This document shows, one piece after another, positions 38,301 to 50,262 of a stretch of 64,000 nucleotides of DNA (position 1 is the first letter of the stretch; each line of letters starts with the position of its first letter). Below the pieces are notes generated by a model. It was not told the origin of the DNA. It saw only the letters and a list, made by a program, of their open reading frames with translations, and searched no databases. The DNA lies in contig JAQFVV010000006.1 of the NCBI GenBank assembly GCA_028023455.1, forward strand, positions 310,001-374,000, read 5' to 3'. The translations under genes were made by a program, and so were the position numbers. This stretch comes from Epiperipatus broadwayi (taxonomy: Eukaryota; Animalia; Onychophora).

Positions 38301-38980
38301 TTTCTATTGGGACATCATAGAATGTATTTGCAATGATAATATAAAATGTTCGACATTTTTTTACATTGGCTATACCAAATCTTTAAAAGAAAACTATTTG
38401 TCATATACTATTTCCACAATGCCTTATTTAACTCCATTATAATACTTTCGACTGCCTGGCATTTTTCTTCAAATCTCAATAGTATGTCCTTTCACTTTAC
38501 TTACTAACCATTTTTTTTTTTAAATGGGTTTTTATTTTTAAAAAAAAGTATTGAAAAGATATATTGTTAAGAGAGCCAAAGAAAATTGTTTGTCAGTTAA
38601 AACTATTACAGGAGAATTAAAACAAAACATTGTCAGAATTACATAGGAGGAATGTAGTTTTTTTTAAAGTGTTAAAATTCTTGTCTAATAAAAGAAGCCA
38701 TGTTTTCAGCACTTCTAGAAATATAATAACTATTTACACCAATGGTGAAGACTGAAATATTGAATCTTATTGTTTATATAGGCAACATTATTAATATTTT
38801 TCTAACCAATTATTAAATCAAAACCAGTATTTTTTTTAGATACTAATAGCTACATATTAATTATGTAATGGCATTTTTAAGTTGTTCATTACTTTTTTTT
38901 TTTTTTTTGTAATGCTTTTATTAAATAAATGTGTAAAAATTACACTTTTTTGCACTTTTCATTATGCTTTTATTTAATTA

Positions 38981-39018
38981 CCTGACAGTTTCGACTACCT
39001 GGCAGTCTTCTTCAGCCC
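38981..39018 (-). ncRNA. Hammerhead-like motif (CUGAAGA type)
   Basis: Reverse complement: CTGAAGA a gactgccaggtagtc GAAA ctg TC agg, followed by an aataaa-containing tail. Confidence 0.55.
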
Positions 39019-39420
39019 ATGAAAGTGTAAAGAAATGGATTTTTTAGACACTTATTTAATGACATATTGTGGATTTCATACATGTATATTTACTAATAAA
39101 ATCTTGGAAAATGTCTGCATGAAAACACCATTTGCGTGTGCACAGATTTAATCGAAAGCACAGATTTAAGTGAAAGCAATTGCATCACTTCCTCTTTTAA
39201 GATTATTGTGTGTTGCTTAATACACAGATTTATGGTTAGTAATCAAATTGTATGCGAAGTAAAGGTAATATATGGTTTAATTAATATAGAAGTAGTGTGT
39301 GTTCCAAGCAATTTGTAAACAATGAAAAATTTTAGAAGGGGGAAAAGTCACTTTAATTGTAATTATTTATATTTCCATTTAAAGTATGATATGATGAATT
39401 CGATTATAATAATTGTATTT

Positions 39421-39680
39421 ATATATTGGACTATTTCCATCATCTAATATAAGTATTGAATGCCTTTAGAAAAATTTAACTTTATTTAAATACTCCAAAT
39501 ACATTCAACTGTTAGTAATAGCACACAGGTAAATATATGCACAACGTTTCGAGAGGTATTATTCTTCTCTCTTCAGGTTTTGTTGGCCTGACCAGTGACA
39601 GTATTAGCATGGGAATTGAACCTGGATCCTTAAATTCTTGAATATTGAATTTTAAAAGATAATGCTCTAACCAATGTTAT
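39421..39680 (-). mobile_element. Second copy of the tRNA-head plus hammerhead composite repeat
   Basis: Collinear with 27140-27480. Reverse complement: CTGAAGA gagaagaataatacctctc GAAA cgttg (39542-39576); decayed B box gggaattgaacc. Confidence 0.78.
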
Positions 39681-40914
39681 CACAAATCTTCAGAAAAACA
39701 CTATTATAATAAGTTTCAAAAAAAGAGAATCAGAGTAAATTGTATGGAAGGAGAAGAAATTTAAAAGTAAAAGACGTGAAAGAGGTTAAGATTTTATAAC
39801 TTTTTGTTTAAGTTTTTATAACAAAATTGAGAATTATGAGAGTGGGATAGTGGAACTAGTAAAACAACTTGTATTCAAGAAAGAAATGAACCAGGACTGG
39901 AAAAATAATTGAGTAATAAGGATAAGAAATACAAGAGTAAGAGTCTGGAAAAAGAGAATATTTAACTTCGCTAGTAGGGTTTCTGAACGTATAACCTATA
40001 TACAGAAACTTCTGACTGTGCTTAAGAAGCCATTGTATATCAAATTGAATTAAAAAATGATGAAATATGGAAGAAAATTGTAAAATGTAAAAATATGCTG
40101 TGATGATATGAAATGAAAAACGTATTAGGCTTGAAAGTGAATGCATGAGTTTGATAATAGATGGAGAAGTAAGATCTTTAGAAACCAGAGAAAATATGAG
40201 TAAAGGCAGTGATATAGAGGACGTGTAATGGCGATTGTGTAACAATACAGTTGACATTACGAATATATAGATGTAGAAATATTTTTAAACATGGAGATAC
40301 AAGTTAATAATTGGTTGAAGTAAACAGTTATATGGATAAATTTTTAATAGAAATTGGGATTTGGGGGGGAAGAAAAATGAATTACTGTGATATGCATTGA
40401 AATTTAAGGTTGAGAAGATACAAAGAAGAAATGAAGTGCAGTAATAGATATAGGAAACTGAATTGGAAAAATGAAGAGAATATTCCTTGGCGAAATAGAA
40501 GCCATTTATTGCATAGCATTTGAGGAAATACGCTATTGAAATATGTTTTGGGATTTAAGATAAAAAATGTATAAAAATCATGAGATTAAAGTACATAGAA
40601 GGAAACAAATCAAATGAAGTTATTCCAGGTTCTATTTATTGAAAAGGGAATGTTTCTGGAAGATGAAGTTAGTTACAGATCCTCTCACTTGCTGCATGGT
40701 TTATTCATGATGTCTTTACACTATTATTATCGAGAAATTGGACAATACACATAAAAATATTTGTAACGATACAGATATCTAATTCATAAGAAAATGTATG
40801 GGATGATTTTCAAATTTTGCAATTATTTTCTATTACTGACCAAATATATAAAAACTAAATTTTAATTCACTATATATCACTCTTCTATAATATGTTTTAT
40901 GGATTGTATTCAAT

Positions 40915-41830
40915 CAACCAATCAATAGTATTCTATCCCATGGACATGTCCAGAGAGCAGTCTGTTTTTTTCATTGCCCAGCTTTTCAATTTCATGTAAC
41001 TCTTCCCATCTCTTACATCATCCTGCAATGTCAATTTTTTCCATCCTTTCTTCTTATTTCCACTCACCGTTCTCTTCAAAGCACTTTTCATTAAACTATA
41101 CTTTTTAATATATGTCCAATCCAGTTTTTTTTTTCTGTTTCTAATTTTCTCAGTCAATCTTTTCTTTCATTTACTCTTTTCAAAACTTCATTTGTTTTTA
41201 TTCATCCAACTAATTTTTTTTCATCCTTCTTCATGACTGCATCTCAAAGACTTAATTTTATAACTCGGTGTCCATGTTTCACAATCATACAATAGTACAT
41301 TTCCCACATAGCATTTAATTAATCTTCCCCTTAATTCTGTATTTCCACAAAATATTTTCTTTTAGTAAATTCGCCCCTTTGTAAATGCTATTCTTTTAAC
41401 TTTATCTTCACTTCTTCCATCTCACTCAGCCATCTACCCAAATATCCAAATTCATTTATCTGCTAAACTAGATTGTCATGGATTTCAAGTTGCAATCTTT
41501 TTGCATTCCTCCCTATCCATAATCACTTGGCCTTCTCAACGTTCATCATTCCATATTCCATATATCCTTCCTCCAATTTATTCAACATATTCTGAAGCCA
41601 CTTTTCATTCTCAGCTATAAGAGCTATATCAACTGCAAATCTTGGACAGTTTATTATTCTATCTCCAACATTTGCTTCTCCACAGTCTAAATAATTATTT
41701 AACATGTCTTCTAAATGAATATTAAAATGCTAAAATGACATTGCATTCTTGCCTAACTCCTCTTTCTAGATTCACTTCATCAGTATCATTATTCTTCAGT
41801 CTAATTTTTATTCTTTGTATTGCACTGTAA
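40915..41830 (-). mobile_element. Decayed RTE-clade LINE, second family
   Basis: Minus ORFs GDRIINCPRFAVDIALIAENE...LQNMLNKL (RT YADD region) and RKKKLDWT..I...SLMK..L...V.G.KKKG (3' domain); tail-like (attg)n at ~40910-40926. Confidence 0.7.
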
Positions 41831-42585
41831 AAAAGAGATTTATGGAGTAGAGATTAGCATGTTCAGTTGCCATGCCATGATCTAGCATACAATTCTAGCC
41901 CAGGTGAATCTTTAAAAAATGTTCAGATCACAAACAAGTTGAAGATTTTTTTTATTTATTCAAGCAGTCATTTCAAAATCATTTACTATTGATCAGTAAA
42001 TGGATATCTTATTTTTATTGTTTAGGTGTAAAGCTAGAGCAACTCTCACACCAATTTAATTTAGCATAATCTTGAATAATCTGTGATCACCAGATGCATA
42101 TAAAATCCTTATCATTAATATTTAAATTCCCAACCTCAGACTGGTTTTTGGATTTTATCATTGAGGTTTAAAATTCAAAGTCAGAAAGAATGCAAACATG
42201 TATTCAACAACAAACCTTCAAATTCATTTTGACTGGCAAAATCATATTTTTAATGATATGCTCACTATGAAATCAAAAAAAGTAATATAATATGGCCTTC
42301 ACCATTATTGTGTTATTATACTCCTACACCCACTTACAAACATAATTTTTAAAATTATTAAAATGGCCCATTAAAATCCCATCAGTAAATTTATAAAATA
42401 ATAATATTAAATGTACTTTTTTTTTAAATCATTAAAAGTTTTTTTTTTTAATTTTCGAAAAAAATAAACTTTTAAAAATGTTTTTCTGATCACCTAAAAC
42501 TTGTTCTTTTTTTACATTATCCTTTAAGAGTATTTTAATCTGAAGGTTTTTTTAAATACAATATAAATCTATTATTATAAACCAC

Positions 42586-43203
42586 TGAAATCTTGAAATC
42601 ATTAGATCGGAAGTCAAACTCCGATAATGCGCTATTACTTCAAATATTAACATGACTTATAAATATAAATCTGTTATTATGAAATGCTGAAAATAGACTC
42701 GAGCCCTAATTTAGCATGGTCATTGAAAGTTGGTGTATTTATAGAAATGCACTCTAAACTTAAGTGATTCACTTAAGTTTTTTAAACTTTTACTGACTTA
42801 TGAGTGCAGAGATTTATAATATTTAAAGTAATAGCGCAGTATCGGAGTTCGACTTCTGATCTCATTATTTCAAGATTTTCAGGACTTTATAATAATAGGT
42901 TTACATTTATAACTCAAGTTTGTCTGTTCATGTGTGGTTAGAAATGAGACGCTCTCTTTGTCCTGCGATAGGTTAAATAGATTTGTACAATTCAAAATTT
43001 GATTATAACATCAGGCACATAATAGACTCAAGCCCTGATTTAGCATGGTCAGTGAAAGTTGGGGTATTTATAGAAATGCACTCTAAACTTAAGTGATTCA
43101 CTTAAGTTTTTTAAACTCTTACTGACGTGAGTGTGCGGAGATTTATAATATTTAAAGTAATAGTGCATTATCGGAGTTCGACTTCCGATCTAATGATTTT
43201 AAA
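42586..43203. repeat. Element with ~55-bp terminal inverted repeat and ~190-bp internal tandem duplication
   Basis: aaatcattagatcggaagtcaaactccgataatgcgctattactt (42597-42641) is repeated inverted at ~42828-42875 and ~43155-43200; 42695-42880 repeats at 43020-43200. A 15-bp direct repeat ttttaaatacaatat lies at ~42550 and ~43197. Confidence 0.8.
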
Positions 43204-43389
43204 TACAATATGTATATCATAAAAGATATTCATTTTATATTTTAAAAAAAATATTTCAGAAAAAAAGTAGTATTAACATATTTTCCAATATAATGAAACC
43301 TCGATCCATAATTTCTCAGGAGAATGGCAAACCAAAGTAATATATATATGGTAAACAACTACTAAACATCACGTGATCCCTTTTCTTTA

Positions 43390-43780
43390 TGTTTACACAG
43401 ATGATTATGGTGATTGTGGTTATTAACGAACCAAAGACATCAAAAAATATGGATGCTGAATTGAGTTCAGATCTGTATGACTATACAAGCTAATGAGCTT
43501 GTATTGAAAACATTATTGTGTTTTCATTTTGGACTCAAAGCTTTCTAGTTAGCTAATAAGGTAAAAGGTAGCTGCTGGAGGATTGCATTAGATCCTAAAA
43601 TCTAGGTGCTGTACTCTGAGATCCAAAGCTCCTCACTGATGCAAACTACAAGTTAGAAACTAGTCTGGGGATATTGGATGAGTATGTGCTAGATAGGGAT
43701 TTTATGCATAAACCTTCTTGCATCCACTGATTACTCTGGCTTGCATTGAATTGCATTACTGTATGGTGAGTTTTGCCTCT
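43390..43780 (+). repeat. Family A long copy (internal region plus hammerhead repeat)
   Basis: Reverse complement of ~60900-61310; cctca CTGATGC aaactacaagtta GAAA ctag TC tgggg at 43631-43670 (A9 mutated to C). Confidence 0.8.
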
Positions 43781-44193
43781 GTGTATATAGTAAACAAATA
43801 AATCTTATAGCTAAGAAACAGTGTAGAGATTATCATTCATAAGAATGTGTGGATTTAATAGATTGCAGTTTATTAAAAATATTATTTACTAAAAAAATTT
43901 TAAATTGTCATTTGTTTTAGACAAACTTTATGCCTCATTTTAAGTTATAGAACACGGTTTCTGTACACATAAAACAATGCTTTTAATTTCATCAGTATCA
44001 GTATTATCAAAGTTTGGCACAGCTTTTGACATACAAGTTTTGTTTTTTCCAAAAGTAATGAAATAAATGCAGGAACTAAGCTATAATTCAGATAATGGAC
44101 ATCGTATGAAGCACTTAAGAATGCACAGAGTCATTTCTAATAAACTAAAAGTTTCAAAATATCATTCTACTAATTGTCCTTGATGAAGCATTT

Positions 44194-45432
44194 CATCATC
44201 ATCATCATCATCAACCATTATCAATCCACTGCAGGATGAAGGTCTCTCCAAGTTTAATCCATATTCTCCGATCTTTAGCTTCTCTTCTCCACAACACCCC
44301 TGCACATTTTCTTATTTCATCCATCCATCTCACATGTGGCCTCTTTCTGGGTCTTTTACAATCTCTTGGAATCCAGTTTAAAATTTCAATTGTCCATCTA
44401 TTATCATCTCTTCTAGCAATATGTCCAGCCCAACTCCATTTCAATCTTTTAATTTTTTCAATAAGGTCAGTAACACCTGTTTGTTGTCTTACCCATACAT
44501 TGCGTTTTCGATCTCCTCTTGTTACTCCCAACATACATCTCTCCATACTCCTTTGAGTGGTCTGAAGTCTCTGTATTGCTCTTCTATTAAGTGTCCAAGT
44601 CTCAGATCCATAAGTAAGAACTGGTAAAACACATTTGTTAAAAACCATCCTTTTCAAACACATAGGCATATTTCCTTTTAGTATCAAGTTATTTCTACCA
44701 AAAGCACTCCAACCAAGTTTAATTCTATGATTAATTTCCTCCATTTTGTTTCCATCTGTATTAATAATCTGACCAAGGTATTTGTAACTGTGAACTTCTT
44801 CTAATTCTTCATAATCAATCTTTATTTTCATATTTTGAGCAAATCGATTAAACATTACTTTAGTCTTTTTAACATTTATCTTTAGTCCTACTTTTCTACT
44901 TTCATCTGCTAACTCCTGCAACATTTCCTGTAGCTCTGAAGCATTATTTGCAAAAACAACTACATCATCTGCGAAATCTAAATGACTTAAATACTCTCCA
45001 TTTACTTTCACTCCTTTAGTTTCCCATTTTAATCCACAAAATACTTCTTGCAGCACTGCTGTAAAGAGTTTTGGAGATATGGAGTCACCTTGTCTTACAC
45101 CTTTCTCAATGTTGATTTTTCCAGTATCATTATGTAATCTAATTGTTGCTGTTGCATTTTTATAAATATTCTTTAAAATATGACAATATCCTGGATCTAT
45201 ACCTTGATGATCCAATGCTTTAATCACTGAAGAAATGTGTATAGAATCGAATGCCTTTTCATAATCTACAAATCCAAAACATAATGACAACTCATATTCG
45301 TTTGTCCTTTCTACAACTTCTCTCAATACCTGGATATGATCTATTGTACTAAAACCACTTTTAAATCCAGCTTGTTCTCTTGGTTGGTGGAAATCCAAAG
45401 TTCTCTGTAGACTTTGGATTTCCACCAACCAA
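44194..45432 (-). mobile_element. Young 5'-truncated RTE LINE with uninterrupted RT domain
   Basis: Stop-free frame with QPREQAGFKSGFST, FVDYEKAFDSI, GVRQGDSISPKLF and LDFADDVVVF; (GAT)n tail at 44194-44213; 9-bp TSD gaagcattt at 44185-44193 and 45433-45441. No endonuclease domain. Confidence 0.95.
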
Positions 45433-45599
45433 GAAGCATTTACTCTCACTTAATGTGTTATGAAATCTCCACTTGATCCAATGAATATTGTATATCATTT
45501 CAAATTTATGAAGTTTTATAACTTTATTTTTCTTATTGCATTGCCAAATCCATATAATATTAATATCATTTTAATTCTTTATTATTTTTACAACCCACT

Positions 45600-45638
45600 A
45601 TTGACGGTTTCGATTGGCCCAGAAATCTTCTTCAGAAC
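45600..45638 (-). ncRNA. Hammerhead-like motif (CUGAAGA type)
   Basis: Reverse complement: gtt CTGAAGA a gatt tctgggcc aatc GAAA ccg TC aat; 3-bp stem I. Confidence 0.55.
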
Positions 45639-46241
45639 TGTAACAAACCCAATACAAATATATATGATATTAATATTATATACTTTCAAATTTAAAAAAA
45701 AAAAAGAATTATAGGGGAAATTTTTATTTGGGCTATGATTTTACAGTGATGAACACATTAAAATGACAATTTAGGAATCGATGGAATGAAGAGAAAATAA
45801 TTTGTATTGGGATAGTTTGAAACCAAAAAGAACAAATATAAAAATTTGTAGAAAAATGAAAGTGATGGAAATGATGCGATGAAATTTTGCTATATATAAA
45901 AACAGAAAAGCACTTTTACTAGACCATTATCTCTAATTAAATGTTATTAACATTCCTGTGAGAATTTTTTTGCCTGTTTATCATATATTCAGTTATGGTA
46001 TTTTTCTGGAGTGAATTAATTGGATATGTAATTGATTTCTGGATAATTAGCCATTTTCCTATTAGGAAGTATATAATTAGGTGAGAGTGGAATAGAATTT
46101 TACATTGTCCAATATTAATATCTTTTATATTAACGTTGAATTTTGTTAGACCAAATATATATTGTATGCCCGCTGAGAATAATAATTATGATTATTTGGT
46201 TATAAATGAATTCTATTAATATGACTTGCTCTCCTAATTAG

Positions 46242-46355
46242 ACTCAAGAAATTCAAGAGAAAAGAATTCAAGCATCATTACTTTTTATTAACTTGAAAAA
46301 GCTTAATCGGTTAGCCCATATTAGGAACAAAAAAGCTCGTGATGTAACCAATGAG
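46242..46355 (+). CDS. THOC5: THO complex subunit 5, coding exon 3
   Basis: ttag|ACT...GAG|gtatgt, 114 nt: [38 protein letters not shown], containing the conserved LKKLNRLAH motif. Confidence 0.96.
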
Positions 46356-46587
46356 GTATGTATAGATGTATTTTAATTTTATTTTACTACGATTTATTAT
46401 TTGTTTAAATTAATTTTATTTCATTTGCGAATAACTTTTAAATAAATTTAATATATTTTTTATTAAGATTCATATATTGTACAGGAATCTACGATTTACA
46501 AAATTTCTTCCACTCTTATTGTGTTAATTTTAATAAAAAAAAACCACACTTCTTTTAATACATCTTTCACAATGCTTTATTTAATTT

Positions 46588-46625
46588 ATGACGGTTTCGA
46601 CTGACTAACTGTCTTTCTTCAGATC
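46588..46625 (-). ncRNA. Hammerhead-like motif (CUGAAGA type)
   Basis: Reverse complement: at CTGAAGA aa gac agttagtca gtc GAAA ccg TC at, followed by aattaaataaagcattgtgaaa, similar to the tail at 35370-35390. Confidence 0.5.
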
Positions 46626-48159
46626 TAAGTTATTTTTTACAAAAAATATGTATGTTAATTGGAGTTATTCTTTCTTTATGTAAAAGATACTTATCATATG
46701 ATTGTTTTTGTTTTAGATATGAAGATGTTAGGTAGTCAAAACTGTCATAAATTATATAAAATATTTCTGGAACGAACGGAGAAATGGATTTTCTTGTAAA
46801 GATTCATAAAGAATTATGATTTAAAAAACTCAATAAAAAACATTGAAATTTTTATTCAATCTTTATTTAATTGAATAGATGTCTTTATTTTATGAATTTA
46901 TATCAAATCGAGGGGGGGGGGTGATTATAATAGTGTCTTTATATCCACTTTCATTTGGTTTCTAGCCATTATGTAGATGAAATTGTGTCTAATAATGAAT
47001 CCTATACAAGATTTTAAGGGAATTAAGTTTTTAAATATACACATTTAACCTTCACCAAAAATATTTAATGACATAATAGAAAAATGCAAATATGAAAAAG
47101 TTGTAAAGTAATAAATCTAAAGAGAAAGTGAGGGAGTAACCACGTAGACAATTGAGGGTGCAAAATGAGGGAATATCTAACTGAAAAATGATTCAAGATA
47201 TCACTCATAAGATGAATTTATGAATTTAAATTTTATAAATTTCTCATTTTTTTATTTGGTACACAAAGCCTTACATGACTCTCCCAGATTACATTTAACA
47301 GCAGCAATCATTCTTTCACTCTGTTTTAAAGACATATGTAAATATGAATAAATAACGAATAATAGACAATAGCACCAATTAATTTTTCCAGACGGGATTG
47401 CATATATCTGTCTAACAGCTCTCTTTACTTTTATAATACTCAAGTGAATGACTCGGTATATTTCAACATTCTGATCCCAAGTCAATTTGTTTTGTTAAGT
47501 TAAATAACTGACAGTTGATCAGCAACTACATATTTTAACGATGATTTTATGATGATTGGCTTGTTTCTTGGCTATTGAAACTGGCATGTTATTAGCTTAA
47601 AATTGTATAAAAAAAAATAAAGATTACGGATGAATTTGTATAATTCGATAGTATTAAAAAAAATAAAGATAGCTACTGGGTGGATTTATGTATTCTAATG
47701 TTCCTTTCTATATGGAGATCAAATTAGATTGAGATTGGATTGCCACTACTATTTGACGTCTTTCGGTTGCTTGTGCTTATCATAGATAGCAAGAATACAA
47801 CAATAAAAATAATGAAGATTGTAAATACTTAGAATTTCACTTTGATTTTTTGTTTAATTAAGGTCTGATGTTCAGTCAGTTATAATTGCCATTTTTCAGT
47901 TGTTAAGATTTTTCTTAAAAAAAGTTCTGCCAAAAATTATATAATCGTTTTTAATAACAACACTATTTAATTCTTCTGTTTATGCAATATGTGATTAAAT
48001 AACAGCAGCTCTTTCTCTCTATATTGCCATCTAATATAATCTTGATTAATCAATGATTATCAGATGTCTCATTTCATAACTACCTTACTTACAGCTTTGA
48101 ATCTTAAGATAAAAGCACAAGCCTGAGAGAGATCTGAGGATGGGGATTTAAATGCAATG

Positions 48160-48207
48160 AGGCGCCTAATAATCATTAATTTCTCAAGTGTTTAATAGAT
48201 GGCGCTA
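48160..48207 (-). repeat. Stand-alone copy of the GCGCCATCT stem-loop module
   Basis: Reverse complement tagcgccatctattaaacacttgagaaattaatgattattaggcgcct resembles 24641-24688 along its length. Confidence 0.6.
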
Positions 48208-48343
48208 TCATAATCAGCTCTTTTTGTCTTATCATCGTTTTTGTTTTAGTAATATGATTAATAACATAATAGTCTTAACATTATTTTAGAAAAAGTCTCA
48301 CAAATACAGTTTTTATAAAAAGAAAGTTTTTGATAATATAGGG

Positions 48344-48657
48344 CAGGGGTCCCCAACCCTATTCCCGCGGGCACCATGGCGCCTGCAGACCATTTTACGT
48401 GTGCCCGCCGCTAACCGAATACGATAAAAAATTATTTATCATACAAATAAATTTAATTTTAAAATTTCTTATAAATTATTGTATTATATTGTAATCAAAT
48501 GTTAAAATTTTATTTTTGAAATAAATATTTTTTTGTACATTATGTGTATTATTAACAATATTCAACTATAAATTTACATTGAAAAAATAAATGGTGCCCG
48601 CCACCTGGTTGGTATTATAGAATGTGCTCTTAAGTGCAAAAAGGTTGGGGACCACTG
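48344..48657. mobile_element. hAT MITE
   Basis: TIRs caggggtccccaacc / ggttggggaccactg; identical 8-bp TSD atataggg (48336-48343, 48658-48665). Confidence 0.92.
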
Positions 48658-49617
48658 ATATAGGGTTTTATTTTTCAGATTTATAATGATCAAAAATCTC
48701 CAAGAGTAACAAGAAAAGTCCTTTCAATGAAATTTTCATATTTAATTTATTATTTTATTTAAAAAAAAAAAATTGGTTCTACAAATCAAAAAATAAATAT
48801 CATACAATATTCACGATATTAAAGTTGTACTATGTTAAATACAACTGATTTTTATTTCATCCTTGAAATTAAGCATTATTAAATTCATTTATTATTTGGG
48901 TGGGTGACCTAGAAATCTTGAGTGTTGATTAACAAACATCTAATGACTTCCTGGGTCACTAAGTTATTCAACTATTAATTGGATAAAAAAATGGCTGGTC
49001 ACATCAGAAGCAGATCACCGTGTAATATTTGCAATCATGTTTTGTAAAATTAACATTGAGTAAAATATAATGTATAATGTAAAGATGTTAAAGATTGATT
49101 TAGTTATATTTGAATGTTTAAAAAATGAGATAGATCAACTGAATTTCATAGTTGGACAGGAATAGAAATGTATATATGCTAATGATTTTATTATGTTGAA
49201 TGTTAGTGAATATATGAAGGTATAAGTTTTAAGAACAAGATCACGGTAGATGGCTTGCTGTTTCTAAAAACCTTTTGTTGAATGGACTTCATTGGTATAT
49301 ATGAAAATAGTTTGTTGGCTGATATAACAGTTTTTTTTCTTTCAAATTTTAAATAATAATTTTAAAAAATTAACCTTAGCAAAAGCAAACTATTTAACCA
49401 AGAATTAATGTGTCAGTTCTTAGTTTAACGTTCACATTCATTTTTATGTTTAACTATTTCATAAGATCATCAATGTAAATCAATTTTTATCTTTTATACC
49501 TTCGATATTGTTTTGTGTTACAGTAAATAATATGATTTGAAAATTGGCTAAATATAATATAATTTGGTTGTATAAATATGAGTCATAATTTTTTTTCCTT
49601 TTTTTTTTTTTATCTAG

Positions 49618-49715
49618 GCAAAGCAGAGAGTTGATAATTTTCAGTTACAATTACAAAATTTACTGTACGAAATGATGCATTTACAAAAGGAAGTAACTAA
49701 GTGCTTAGAATTTAA
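49618..49715 (+). CDS. THOC5: THO complex subunit 5, coding exon 4
   Basis: polypyrimidine-ctag|GCA...AA|gtaag, 98 nt: [32 protein letters not shown](K), containing the conserved [18 protein letters not shown] motif. Confidence 0.97.
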
Positions 49716-50219
49716 GTAAGAAAATATATCATGGTTTTTTTTTTCTTTTTATCTTGTATAAACAAAACTAGCGAAATATTTGTTGGAATTTAATTTTCTA
49801 TCTTTACGTAATTGTCCAACAAATTCATCTTTTTAATATCTCCGTATTTAATTTTAAGAAAAAAAAAATTTCTTACTATTTTTATTATTATTTATGAAAT
49901 AAAAAAGAATGGAGAAATATAGAAGGTGTCTATCTATAAAAAAGATATTATGCATGGGAGAAAGAGAAATGTAAATAGCCATGTGTGTGCTGAAAATCAG
50001 ATATATTAATCTTTAACTTGGATTAAAGTTTATATCTGTGTTAGAGAAAATTTCTAATTTAATAAATGATTAATAATAATCATTAAGTGTTTATCAAAAA
50101 GTTGATAACGTAAATGTTGGGAGAGGAGTAAATTGATGCTTGAAAATAAAAATGAGACAATTTGCTCTACATAAGTACTCTTCATGTAATAAAGATATAT
50201 ATGAGAGATGATGACTTTG

Positions 50220-50262
50220 CCCAACTGATGAGTGCTGGTTCAGCATGAAATGCATTTTGAGG
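50220..50262 (+). ncRNA. Minimal type I hammerhead ribozyme candidate, best-preserved core
   Basis: cccaa CTGATGA gtgctg gtt cagcat GAAA tgca TT ttgagg: 6-bp stem II, palindromic ATGCAT stem III, AUU cleavage triplet, partial stem I. Confidence 0.65.

Noticed and set aside
44236-44627. Plus-strand ORFs of 106 and 68 aa
   Set aside because: Antisense shadows of the RTE coding region.
45433-45449. Start MRVNAS of the 412-aa RTE ORF
   Set aside because: These codons lie in the TSD and flank; the element is 5'-truncated, so this is not a real start.
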